Positions 1 through 11,064 of a stretch of 64,000 bases of DNA are shown piece after piece. The DNA comes from Girardia tigrina (lineage: Eukaryota): NCBI GenBank assembly GCA_001938485.1, contig MQRK01196443.1:1-64000 (forward strand). The letters run 5' to 3'. The notes under the pieces were generated by a model. The model did no database searches and was not told the origin of the DNA. It saw only the letters and a list, made by a program, of their open reading frames with translations. A program made the position numbers and the translations under genes. How positions within the stretch are numbered: position 1 is the stretch's first letter; the number at the start of each line of letters is the position of its first letter.

Positions 1-1
1 A

Positions 2-245
2 AATCGTCATCTCAAAACCCGGATTAGCGAGCACTCGCAAATGATTCGATCGAGTAAGGTTCTTGATCATTGGTTATGTTGTAAGGATAGAACCTCATCC
101 ATTTCAAAAGATGAGTTTTATGTTTAACAAAAGGGTTTTTATTCACATTACGAACGACAGTTTTGTGAATCTCTACTAATAAGACACTACAACCCATCAA
201 TTAACATTCAGAATGGGCAAAGTAAGGTTATTTCAATACTTAAAA
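2..245 (+). mobile_element. Penelope-like element remnant, GIY-YIG endonuclease C-terminal half (one in-frame stop)
   Basis: Frame 2 reads NRHLKTRISEH...SSKVLDHWLCC...YERQFCESLLIRHYNPSINIQ, matching the PLE GIY-YIG pattern R-x-L-x-x-R-I-x-E-H ... E-S-L-L-I ... P-S-I-N-x-Q; a hammerhead ribozyme follows after the gap. Confidence 0.8.
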
Positions 246-386
246 NNNNNNNNNNNNNNNNNNNNNNNNNNNNNNNNNNNNNNNNNNNNNNNNNNNNNNN
301 NNNNNNNNNNNNNNNNNNNNNNNNNNNNNNNNNNNNNNNNNNNNNNNNNNNNNNNNNNNNNNNNNNNNNNNNNNNNNNNNNNNNNA

Positions 387-428
387 ATTGCTGATGATGA
401 TGTATATAAACATCGAAACATGTCCAAT
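387..428 (+). ncRNA. Minimal type I hammerhead ribozyme in a PLE 3' repeat
   Basis: ATTG CTGATGA T GATGT-atataa-ACATC GAAAC AT GTC CAAT: stem I ATTG/CAAT, core CUGAUGA and GAAA, 5-bp stem II, GUC cleavage triplet, palindromic minimal stem III (ACATGT). Confidence 0.85.
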
Positions 429-504
429 AGTTGTATAAAAAAGCTTTAATCAAATTATATTTTCGAAATACTAAACTTGCGTTCACAAGACTCAATATTA
501 TATA

Positions 505-1069
505 CAGGGTGGGCCAAAAGTAGGGTTACAGTTGCTTCATTATCTGTTTCACCTTCACAATCACGTTTAGATATAAATTATAGAAAATATCACTGAACTC
601 TTATTCTATGTTACATACTCATGTCTTAAAAACGTAATACATTTTATAAATTTGTTTTTTATTTACAGGAACCCTGAACTGTGAACAATGGCAAATAATT
701 ACAATACAGAGCAAAGAAAGTGGATATTAAAGCAGTATTGGAAATTGGAAAATGCCGAGCATCTGCGCACAGCTTGGCAAAAAGCCTTTCAAACTCCTCC
801 ACCTTCACGCAAGACAATTTATCACATAAGGGATAAATTTGAAACTTTAGGTTCAGTGTGTAATGCTCCAAAATCTGGACGTCCTAAGACTTCCATGACT
901 GAAGAAAATGAGATGTTGGTGGCTATGACATTTGTGATCACTTGAGAGATTAAATGTTCAATGTAAAATGTTTATTATGTAAATATAATGTATGTAAATA
1001 AATGTCTAAATTTCTAATAAAGATAAAATGTTTAAGTGTTAACTGTAACCCTACTTTTGGCCCACCCTG
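505..1069 (+). mobile_element. Non-autonomous Tc1/mariner (rosa/DUF4817-type) element retaining the transposase N-terminus (688-945)
   Basis: Perfect ~29-bp TIRs CAGGGTGGGCCAAAAGTAGGGTTACAGTT, TA on both flanks; ORF with PPPSRKTIY...KFETLGSV...SGRPKT HTH motif and no DDE domain. Confidence 0.9.
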
Positions 1070-1122
1070 TATATGTATGTATATAAGTACTGTTTTTAAT
1101 GTAGTAATACATATATAGTAAT

Positions 1123-1285
1123 ACATAACAATCACGTTCTGTGGCGAACCCCTGCTCGGAAAACGGATGCACGAAACAATCGGAATAAAAAAAGAACAAA
1201 CCGAGACTGGAGGGTGGATGCGTTACTAAAACTAGGTGGCCATCACGCCTTAACGACCCACGAAAAGATTCTAGGTGGAACGTAA
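1123..1285 (+). repeat. Exact 163-bp duplicate of 2802-2964
   Basis: ACATAACAATCACGTTCTG...GGTGGAACGTAA is identical at both positions. Confidence 0.9.
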
Positions 1286-2639
1286 ATAATATACAGTACT
1301 ATATACATACTTTTTAGTTCATTTAATGTTAATTTATTGTTTTAATGTGTTAAAACATATTTGTTTTAATACATCACTTATAGTAAATAGACACAAGGCG
1401 GGAGTTTGAATCTACAATTCAAACTCATTTACTACAAGTGATGCATTAAAACAAATTAATAAAAAGCTATATAATTCTTTTAATATATTTAGACAGTGTT
1501 TATTAAACATTGTAATGTTATTACATATGACGTTCATTAGACATTGTAATGTTATATTTACAGACACACACACATATATATATGGATAAAAATAAGACGA
1601 CGCGTTTCGAGATAATAAAAATCCCATCATCAGGTCACAAAATGTACCAAGCAAGTACACTATATGGAAACTTGCCGAAAATAAATAAAATTTATCCAAT
1701 AAATTATTGGATGAAAATAACTTTATTTCACTTTTCCATAAAATTACGAAAAATACACTAAATGCAATCAATCCCATTCTCGCAAACCAACCATTGGCAG
1801 CTATCAATTGCCATTTGAGAAAACGATGTTTTCTCTATCGTTCCGTACTTTACAAGGTAACGGAGACATATGATAAAGATGACAACTAACAGCACAGCAA
1901 AAGCTAATCTTTGAGATGAAACTTCTCACACTCAATACAATCAACTCAATTTTAGCCTTCCCATCAAACTCAAAACAATCCGAAATCTCATCGATAAATT
2001 AACAAAAACTTTTTCCATATTTGTGTGTCATTTTCATTAATAAATTTTTGCGATAAATATGAATTTTGAAATTTCTGATAACGAAAATGGCGTAAACGCG
2101 ACTAACACTGTATATATTCTTATTTCATAACGAAAAGACTGTATGAAATCTGGATAACACATTAATCATTTAGAGTATCATAAATATACTAGAAAGAGGA
2201 TTTTTTGCGTGTCCAAAAACATATTTTAGTCTAAACCAAATGAATATAATTTACGTTTGACCGCTTTATAATTCAGTGAAACAACTTAGTATTGAACTTT
2301 GTTTACTGTAGAAAAGTTTAAGTGTCTAAAGCTGACTTATTATATAAGTGACTAGTATCTAAAAAATCAATTACGTATGATAGAACGTTACTGTAATTAT
2401 TATTTCTCGTCTTATCATAATTATCATTTGGTTTTAAAATGGTTTTCAATATTTTTTACAACACTGTTGGCTAATAAATAATTTGATAAGATATCAAATA
2501 CAACATAGAAAATATTCAGTTTGTTTTAAAAATAAAATAGCTTCAACACTGAAGATGAAAAGTTTAAAGATTGAAAATCAAGCTAATCTCTCACAAGGGT
2601 AGAAAGATAAGAATTTCTCATTCAAAATCGACTTAGACA

Positions 2640-3010
2640 TATAAAGGGGTCGGGTTCACGGCCGTGGTTGCCCACAGCGGCAATCCATGTCCGTATGCGG
2701 AGACAATATTCCAAGTGGAACGGCAGGACAGTAACACCCCCATCAAATGACAGTTCGACGCGAACGAATTGCCATAAGTACTGTCGACTGGCATTGATGA
2801 AACATAACAATCACGTTCTGTGGCGAACCCCTGCTCGGAAAACGGATGCACGAAACAATCGGAATAAAAAAAGAACAAACCGAGACTGGAGGGTGGATGC
2901 GTTACTAAAACTAGGTGGCCATCACGCCTTAACGACCCACGAAAAGATTCTAGGTGGAACGTAATTACGTTTGATAGACCTCGGCTGAAGAAGGTGCAGC
3001 GGGAATCCAT
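2640..3010 (+). mobile_element. Highly decayed RTE-like LINE 3' fragment
   Basis: Interrupted frame with K*QFDANELP*VLSTGIDET (cf. KxxFDxxxLPVLxYGxETW) and KTRWPSRLND..DSRW (cf. KLRWAGHVAR..D.RW). Confidence 0.35.
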
Positions 3011-3499
3011 GCACAAAATATGTTCGATTAATTCAAACGAATGAAAAGTCGAAATAGACGATAAAGTATATTTTTTATTGAAATCCGGATCCAGAAATAC
3101 GTGGACAATCATATCGCAGTTTATTGAATGTTTTCTTTTTTTATTGTGTGCTTTGCTTTTTTTAATACCTCCAAAATTTTGTGTAAATTTAAACAATTTT
3201 TTTATTTAAATTTAGTTTTTTTTATTTATTACGTTTAAAAATTTTTATTATCAATCACAGTACATCCACATTCTCGATCAGTAATTCACAATGGATTTTA
3301 TTAATATATATTTAATATGAAATGTTGAGATACGAAAAAAATGTCATTGTTAAAACTAAACCTTTTTTAAAAAAGAAATTACAATACATAGAAAAATTGG
3401 ATTATTTTTCTGTATATATTTTTGGAATCACTACAACATCCCTTTCAATTTAAGATCCAACAAAATCGCGATTAATAACTTCTCCAACAACAAACCTCA

Positions 3500-4130
3500 A
3501 GCCCCGCTCTTGACATTAAAATACGATCCCAAGTTCAGAAATTCATGCGCCTGCCGAAAACTACTTGTGACCACTTCTTCTACACTACAACAACAGAAGG
3601 TGGAGCAGGCTTTAGAAGGATGGTAGACGAGTATGCCGTACAGTCAATCATATACATATACCATCTCGCCAACTGCAAAGACCCCAGACTAAAAGAAGCC
3701 GCTTTCACAAATCTGACAAACTACTACAACTACTACCACCTACCATCAGACATCTCTAATATCTTCTTAAACTTGAACAGCAACCTCGCCAAACCACAAA
3801 GAGACGCCGCCTTCAATGGTACAAATTCGCCATTACCAGAAAACTCCTACAACGGGAACTAGAAGTCGACATCAAACTTGAATGGATAGCCGAAACAAAC
3901 AGAGTTAACCTCTCAATTGCATGCCAAAACAAGATTGCATTCACTAACACCACTAACGAAGCTGCCATATCATCCATCCTCTTTAACTACATCAATCAAG
4001 CACACAAAAACCTCCTATTACAAGGTAAAAGACTAACTGAAACCTTCGACGTGTGCACATCCAATGAATCCTTAAACAAAACAATCATGTGACAAAACAA
4101 GCAGTCCACTAGTTCACTCTCTTGGAGAGC
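3500..4130 (+). mobile_element. R2/NeSL-like non-LTR retrotransposon fragment (post-RT region)
   Basis: FMRLPKTTCDHFFYTTTTEGGAGF matches the LP...FY.P...GGLG thumb motif; C/A-rich coding strand; frameshifted. Confidence 0.6.
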
Positions 4131-4711
4131 GCAACTCTTTGCCGTCAGCGCGACAAAAGCAGATGCGAAAGCAAAATCGCTGAAAAATGGAGCCTTTTCC
4201 AACCGGGTTGGAAACGTGTCTTTCATTTGATTTGAATCCACCTAGGAGGTGCTTTTAAATTAAATTAAATTAAATTTTCTGGACATTGGTAATTTCTGAA
4301 CTGAAAAACTAAAAATAAATCTAATTTACTTCCTGCATTATTTAAGAATGAATGAATGACGATGTTCAAGTTTATTTGAAGGTTAACAATTCATGTTGAC
4401 CTAGAAAAGTAGACGAAACTAGAGTTAAAACCGATAAAACGTTTGGTAATGAGACATGGAACAAAGTGTGAAGAAGATCAAATGTTTTATATGTAATATA
4501 TAAGTATTATGTGTAAAGATGCGAAATATTTGATGTAAGTGATCCTCGTCTTGAAGAATATTTTAAATATGGAATAGCACCAAAACAATTAACGAAATGA
4601 TAATATATTCACAAAAATAACAAATCTTTTATGATAATTTTTACAATATTTAGTAAATAATAACGAAATATTATCTAATTTATAAAATAATTTTTCTGAA
4701 AATAGATCTTT

Positions 4712-7700
4712 TCAATAGGATATGTTTTCTATGAATTTATATTTTTCTAATTTATCCAAGGATAATCTTTCCACCGGATCGAATCTCATACAAGAATCGA
4801 GGAACAGTCTCAATTCCCCTGATGTATCTTTTGGTACTTCGAATTTAGGTTTTTTATTTATAATTTTTGCTGTAGTGGGATGTCTTCCTAAAGAAATACA
4901 TTATATTTCACTTTTTTATATAAAACTATACGAGTCAAGATATAAATCAGAACAGCTCCTAACGACCATACATCCGCTTTTTCATTTAACGAGCGTCTTT
5001 CTCTATCTTCCGGAGCAACGTACATCATCAAAGATTCACTCCATCTTTTATTTGTTGATGAATATTTATATAATGAAGGATTCAATAATTTTATATTTCG
5101 TTTTTCATCCAGAAAAATGTCATATGCTAAATTGATTTATATTTCATATAATCATAAAATTATTTCCTTACGGTTAAATTTGTGATAGTAAATATTGTAT
5201 TTATGAAGACATTTAAAACCCTCCATTATTTGTACTGTCCATTTAGGAATGTGTTCTTCAGTTTTATTTTTGATATTTTCTACAAACATAGGTAATGATT
5301 CCTGAATAATTGACTTAATTCGATAAATACTATATTTTTTTAATTTAAAAAAAATTTTAAAAATCAAATAATTAACTGAAACAAAAAATACATAAAGTTT
5401 ATAAAACTTAAAAAAGCTAAAAATGATTTTTTTAAACAAGAATGTGAGGAATATTTTAAATTGTGTGAATGTGTAACTGTATTGATGCGTATGTTGATTT
5501 AAGTATGTTGAATTTAGAATGGTGACTCTCCCACTCAGATGGAAATTGGTATTTTTTATTGAATGTATTATTTTTGAATGTATTATTTATTTTTGAATGT
5601 AATTTAAAATTTTAATATATTAATTTAATATGTTCTTTTTTTAAAAAATGTTTAGATTTAATTTTAACCAATTAGATACTTTATAATTAATAATTTTTAT
5701 TAACATATTTTCATTTATTGAAAATAATTAGTATGAACTCAGAAATATATTGATCAAGAGAGATATCAAATAGTGAATACGCTTTTGATATTAAACGCTG
5801 TAAAACTCATATTGATGTTGTTAATAAAGTTTAATATTTTTAGTAAAATTTAAATAAATGCATTTTTAATAATTGGATGACATTTTTATTATTTTGTGAT
5901 TTATTGAGAAATGGTAAAAATTATTATTTTTAATTAATATTTTTTAGAAGTTAAATATGTTAAAAATATGACTTAGAAAAATTGTTCGAATAATCATTAT
6001 TAAAAATAGAAATAAGAAAACCAATTAGAAGGATGACAAACGATGAAAGACTTTCTGAGAGTCATAATGACTTGAAATGTGGTTGTAATAAAAATTCAAA
6101 CGAGACTTGTCTAAACGTTCTCAATAAAGCAAAATTTAAATAAATATGTAAACAAAAAAATAAAAATCTAAACAGTTTAGATTAATTAAAATCCATATAT
6201 TTTAATAGGAAAATAATTAGTAAAAGTTTGAATATACGAATTTAAAAAATATTAAAAACAATAAATTGGGTAAAATTTATAATGTAGAACGAAATTATTT
6301 TAAAAGAACATAGAGTTCAAGTTAAGTATGTGAACAAAATTGTTTTGAAAATAAAACGATTTTGATAAATTAAATGTAAAATAATTTAAATATTTTTAAC
6401 AAAGGTAGAAAATGGCAGATGTTAATTTTAAAAAGTGAAATTTTAATAAATTTTAGCAATAGTAAAAAATTTAGTAAATAATTTTCGGCTGAATGATTAA
6501 ATTCACCAGAAGAAATTTGTTTACATTTATGTATTATTAATAACACCAATATGGGTTTTCACAACTTAATTTTCATTACAATTTCAATTGTCCTTTGAAC
6601 AATTCTCAGCAAAATTTTCATAATTTGACATCGTTCTAAATTGATAAATTTTTGTTAGTGTTTTTTAACAAACAATTATTCGAAGAAATTTTCATTATTT
6701 TCAGATTTTATTTTTAAAGTTCAAATTTTATAATTTTTGTGAGGAATATTTTGAATGGTTTTTATTGCGTGTTGTTTGGTATGTTGTTTTAGGATTGTGT
6801 TTCTCCCACCCAGATGGAAGATTGATATTTTAAATATTTTAAAACGTAGAGTTGTTTGATCAATTATTAAAAGTTAAATAATCACTTTAAAATTAAACTA
6901 ATATTTCATAAATGATATTTTAATAATAATTTCTTAAAATAAATAAAAATTATTTTAAATTTCAATTATAAATTATTTTTGTAATTATTAAATTATTAAA
7001 TTATTAATTATTAAATTGTATTTTAAATTTGTTTGAATAATAAGACGTTAAAGAATATTATTAAAGATTATCAATCAAGAACGATGACGAGCTACGCAAG
7101 TTTTACGGAGAATTGTTCTAATGGCGATTCAAATTGTGATAATAATAAATGCAAAGGAAACTCAATTAATGTTCTTAATAATTTTATTAATAATTTTATC
7201 TAAATGTTAATTTAATTTTAAAAATGATTTTATTTAAAAACAAAACATTTATTTAATTAATTTAAAACTTAGTTAAAAGTTATTTACTTTTATTTAAATT
7301 TTTAATATTAAAATATGAAACGATTTAACATTTTTAAAGTTTTTTAAATATCTTATGCTGTACTTTAAAATGCAAATTATGCTCGGATAATTCATCGTGA
7401 TCATCCAAAATATCAATTTTCCATTTGGGTGGGAGAAACACATTTCCAAATACTAAGCTCAACATACAAAATTCAACAAACCAATTTCAACATACCAAAT
7501 TTAAAATATTCCTCACATGTAAGGAATTTTTTTGTGTTAATTAATGAATTCTAATTCAAATCAAGCATTATCAAGATAATGTTAATTCTACTCACAAATA
7601 CATAATTTCATATCTAAAATATTTTCTTACTCCATCCATGTATTCCATTACTTCATAGAACAAGTTCTCATCTTTGTAAATGCCAAGTAAATGTATAAAC

Positions 7701-8926
7701 CGTTCACTTCTTCTCGTTATTTGTACAATCTTTAATTGATCAAGTAAAAATCGTTCTTTCAATAACTCTTCAATCGAAAATTTATATTTCAGTATTGAAA
7801 TAGTTTTCTTTGATGAATTAAATGTCCCTTTTTTCAAAAGAGCACCTGGACCTTCACTTATTTGAGAATTCTCAATTGCAATATCAATGAATCTATCATT
7901 TAAAGTCTTTAAAACCATAAATACGTTTTATTTAATAACCTCATCAAACAATAAAATGTTATTGAAGAACCTTCATCAAGATCGTATTCATAGATGCATT
8001 TATCATCTTCCAAAACTTTTTCATTCAGAAAAAAAATAAAACTCTCAGAATCCGCATTAAATTTGTTTGCGGCTTTTTGCTTCATCGACGAAATTTTATC
8101 AAAATTCGAATATTCGACGACCAAAGATTCATTCTCCTCGAATACCGATTTCAATACAAGTTTCCCGTGTTTCCTTTTATGTTATAGATTAAATATTTAA
8201 CATTTATTTATTTACCTTTGAACCACTTTGATCAAACTATTGTCAGAAAGGTTGTAACTTTTTATTGTTAAATCGTCCTGCAACTGCTTTTTATCATGAA
8301 AAATAATTAAATCCTTTATATCTGAAAATTTTAATATAATTGATTTAAGATCTTTAATTGTTTGATTCGTTTTCATTTGTATTAAATCGGGTAGCGAAGG
8401 TTCTCCATGTACGTTTATAACCACAATTTCGCTAAAAATAATGAAAAAATATAAAAAATTTATTGTAAAAAAAACTTTGGATTGATAGATTCAATTTTGC
8501 AATTAACAACCAAATTTTCTGATTGAACCAAGTCAAGTAAATATTTATTATCATCAAGAACCTCTCCGAGGTAAAAGAGCTTCATAACCTTGTAAGTGAA
8601 GGGTTTTGCTTGTGACCATCGATTACAAATTTGCCTTTTAATATTAACAATATTATCGTTATTTGCAACTCCAATCTCAATCAACTCATTTTCATCATCA
8701 ATTTGAAATTTTATTATTTTGCAATTTTTAACTTCTGCAAAGATATCAAAAATTAACACAAATAAAAATTCAAAATCTATTTCAAATATTTAATTTTACT
8801 TGGAATGAAATGTTCTTTGATCTTAAGATAAAGGTTAAAGATATGATTTAAAAAGAAGTTAGCGCCACTTAAAAACTTAAAAGATCTTAAGAAAGAACTA
8901 ACTGATTCAATAAGATGAATTATCAT
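4712..8926 (-). CDS. Triple ubiquitin-like-domain pseudokinase, 8 exons, 532 aa
   Basis: Exons 8926-8800, 8734-8476, 8431-8216, 8173-7940, 7892-7631, 5301-5172, 5126-4932, 4887-4712. All introns are GT-AG with compatible phases (1599 nt, no internal stop). Three UBL-like units (..KLFYLGEVLDDNKYL; LIIFHDKKQLQDDLTIKSYNL; FIFFLNEKVLEDDKCIYEYDL), then a kinase fold (EVMEYMDGESL, QIMEGFKCLH, YVAPE, KADVWSLG, CMRFDPVERLS) lacking the catalytic residues. Confidence 0.85.
5443..6126 (+). mobile_element. Solo LTR-like element, TGTGAGG family, copy E1 (inside intron 5 of the pseudokinase gene)
   Basis: Starts TGTGAGGAAT, has box CTCCCACTCAGATGG..TTGGTA, ends GTTCTCAATA; flanks AAGAA/AAGCA (5-bp TSD, 1 mismatch). 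Confidence 0.8.
6535..7517 (-). mobile_element. Solo LTR-like element, TGTGAGG family, copy E3, interrupted by E2
   Basis: Segments 7517-7181 and 6737-6535 are colinear with the uninterrupted copy at 37377-37908; flanks TGTAT/TGTAA. Confidence 0.8.
6738..7180 (+). mobile_element. Solo LTR-like element, TGTGAGG family, copy E2, nested in E3
   Basis: TGTGAGGAAT...CTCCCACCCAGATGGAAGATTGATA...GTTCTTAATA with a perfect ATTTT TSD (6733-6737, 7181-7185). Confidence 0.85.
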
Positions 8927-9296
8927 GTTGTCTGATTTTTAAAGGAAAACTGAAAGTGTTAGCGATAGCAAAGAATAATAAACAATTTTGCCCTGAACAT
9001 GACCGTTTTTCTTTTTCTCTTGTCCAGAGGTTGATTTCTGTCTCATGCAAGCCCATATGGGTGCACCCTTCTCAGAATAGTTGGGGTTAGAAAAAATTAA
9101 GTTCTTCTCGATTTACGAACACATCTTAATGTAATCTGTATCTACAGACATCTCAAATTTCGGATTGATATTCTGCAACCGATTGGATAAATCATACTGG
9201 GTATTGTTATTACCACTCGGTTTACGTGACATGTTATAAAAACTCGGAGATCCGACCTTTGAGAAGCTATCAAAGTCATGACTATGAGTATCGAAT

Positions 9297-9724
9297 AATA
9301 ATATTATTAATAAAATTAAATTTTTATAAAAACAACCACGTTTTTCAAGCATTACCAATGCACTAAAAAGAGGAAAATAATTTTTTTTCTAGACATGTGC
9401 GAAATTTTATACCTAACCAAAAACGTGGGGCGGATNNNNNNNNNNNNNNNNNNNNNNNNNNNNNNNNNNNNNNNNNNNNNNNNNNAAATTTTATACCTAA
9501 CCAAAAACGTGGGGCGGATTTCTGAATTACTGCTATTAGTAACTGCTATTTCCTTTTTACTGCTTTTTAGTAACAATCGATCATTTCTATGCCCCACGTT
9601 TTTGATTAGGTATAAAATTTCGCACATGTCTAGAAAAAAAATTATTCTCGTCTTTTTAGTGCATTGGTAATGCTTGAAAAACGTGGTTGTTTTTATAAAA
9701 AAATTTTTTTATTAATAATATTAT
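9297..9724. mobile_element. Foldback/MITE-like palindrome (~135-bp arms, ~70-bp spacer)
   Basis: AAAAACAACCACGTTTTTCAAGCATTACCAATGCACTAAAAAG...AAAACGTGGGGC is mirrored by its reverse complement; second copy at 24566-24978; contains an N-gap. Confidence 0.85.
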
Positions 9725-10092
9725 TTAACTATTTTTAGTTATCATTTAGGGATTCAAATCTTTCGATTGATTTCGATTAACAGAAATGATAATAAAACCA
9801 AAATAACAAAGTTTTATTTTAATAAAAGCAAGTTTTATTTCAAAATAATTTTTTTGTACGTATTAATTAATATTATTGATTTTTTTCATAAAGTTAAAAT
9901 TTTCATAAAGTTAAATTATAGCATATGCGGTTTATGTAGAGCCGTAAATGTTTTAAAATATTGTATTGTCATCGGAACCAAGCCTGTATAAAAAAATTCA
10001 GCTCAATTGAATGACTGAAAGTGGTCGAAAAATCAATCGCAAGATTTGTTCCAGACAGACAAGAAAGCAAGCTAATAAAAACGTGGTAAAAA
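9725..10092 (-). mobile_element. Non-autonomous repeat with CCACGTTTTT subterminal motif and (GTCT)n microsatellite (HINE/DINE-1-like), attached to the palindrome
   Basis: Inverted near-identical copy at 24028-24565; CAGACAGAC and AAAAACGTGGTAA at the outer end; family assignment is inference. Confidence 0.55.
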
Positions 10093-11064
10093 ATGAAGGT
10101 TTTAGTTAAATTTAATTAAGCTGAAGAAATTGACAAAAACTTATTTTTAATAAAATTGAATATTTTAATATTAAATTTTAAAACTTTAACTTTTTTAATT
10201 TCTGCACTTTAGTTTTTTATTAAATGACAAGCTTTGCAAAAGTCACTTTCTATGTCTTTTTTTAAAAGAAAAATAACACAAGGAGGTAGAATAATGTTTA
10301 TTAATTTAAAATATAAACATGATTTGATGAAATTTAAAAAAATATTTAGATCAAATATTGAACTGTGTTTATCGTGGTATTGCGGTTATATCAACTTGAT
10401 TGTTATTTTGTAATTCAACTCATGGTTGCAGCTTACTATCATAAGCTTTCTCTCAAGGAAAACGCAAACATAAAATCAAACTGTCGAATCCGGTGAAGCA
10501 CCAAAAATGTGATTTATTTTATACTGTTTCGAAATTTTAATAAATCCATATTTGTATTTTTTTACTTTTATCTATTATTTCTCTAATCCAAAACATACAC
10601 TCCACCTTAATTGATCAAAAGTAAGACAATTAAATCAGCGATATTGCCATTAAACAAACAAAAACGATTCAATTTCAAATTAAAGATTGCATTTAGGCAG
10701 GAGATTAAGGAAACGTTTGAATATAGTCCATTTGGTTACTCGATTGATTAACCAATCAGAGCGAGTTAAGTCTAAGGTGACTAGATTTTTAGATGGACAA
10801 AGCGGGACAATTCTGAAGGAGGGGAATATTTTATTCTTACATTTTTTTCTAAAATTTTTTTTAAGGTTAAGATCAGTGATATACTTTTTGTCATCAATAT
10901 AAAATATGAAGATGTTATGTTATCATTTATGATAATATATTTGAAAAAATTAAAAACACTAAACATATTTAAAAACAATTTATATTAGTTTAAATAATAT
11001 GTTATATAATAAAATTAATCTTGTTCGACTTATTGATTTTATCATTCTTCAGATATATACAACA

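Noticed and set aside
4165-4225. CTGAAAA...CCAACCGGGTTGGAAACGTGTC, hammerhead-like
   Set aside because: Lacks a CUGANGA core next to stem II and has no stem I.
9040-9296. Exon-like minus-strand frame (…MSRKPSGNNNTQYDLSNRLQNINPKFEMSVDTDYIKMCS) just upstream of the pseudokinase gene
   Set aside because: No recognisable domain. It is cut by the palindromic element, and an in-frame stop precedes the ATG at 8926, so I could not join it to the gene.
9395-9520. Apparent tandem duplication around the N-gap (also 24700-24800), and the mirrored MCEILYL ORFs
   Set aside because: Overlapping contig ends at a scaffold gap; the ORFs are by-products of the palindrome.
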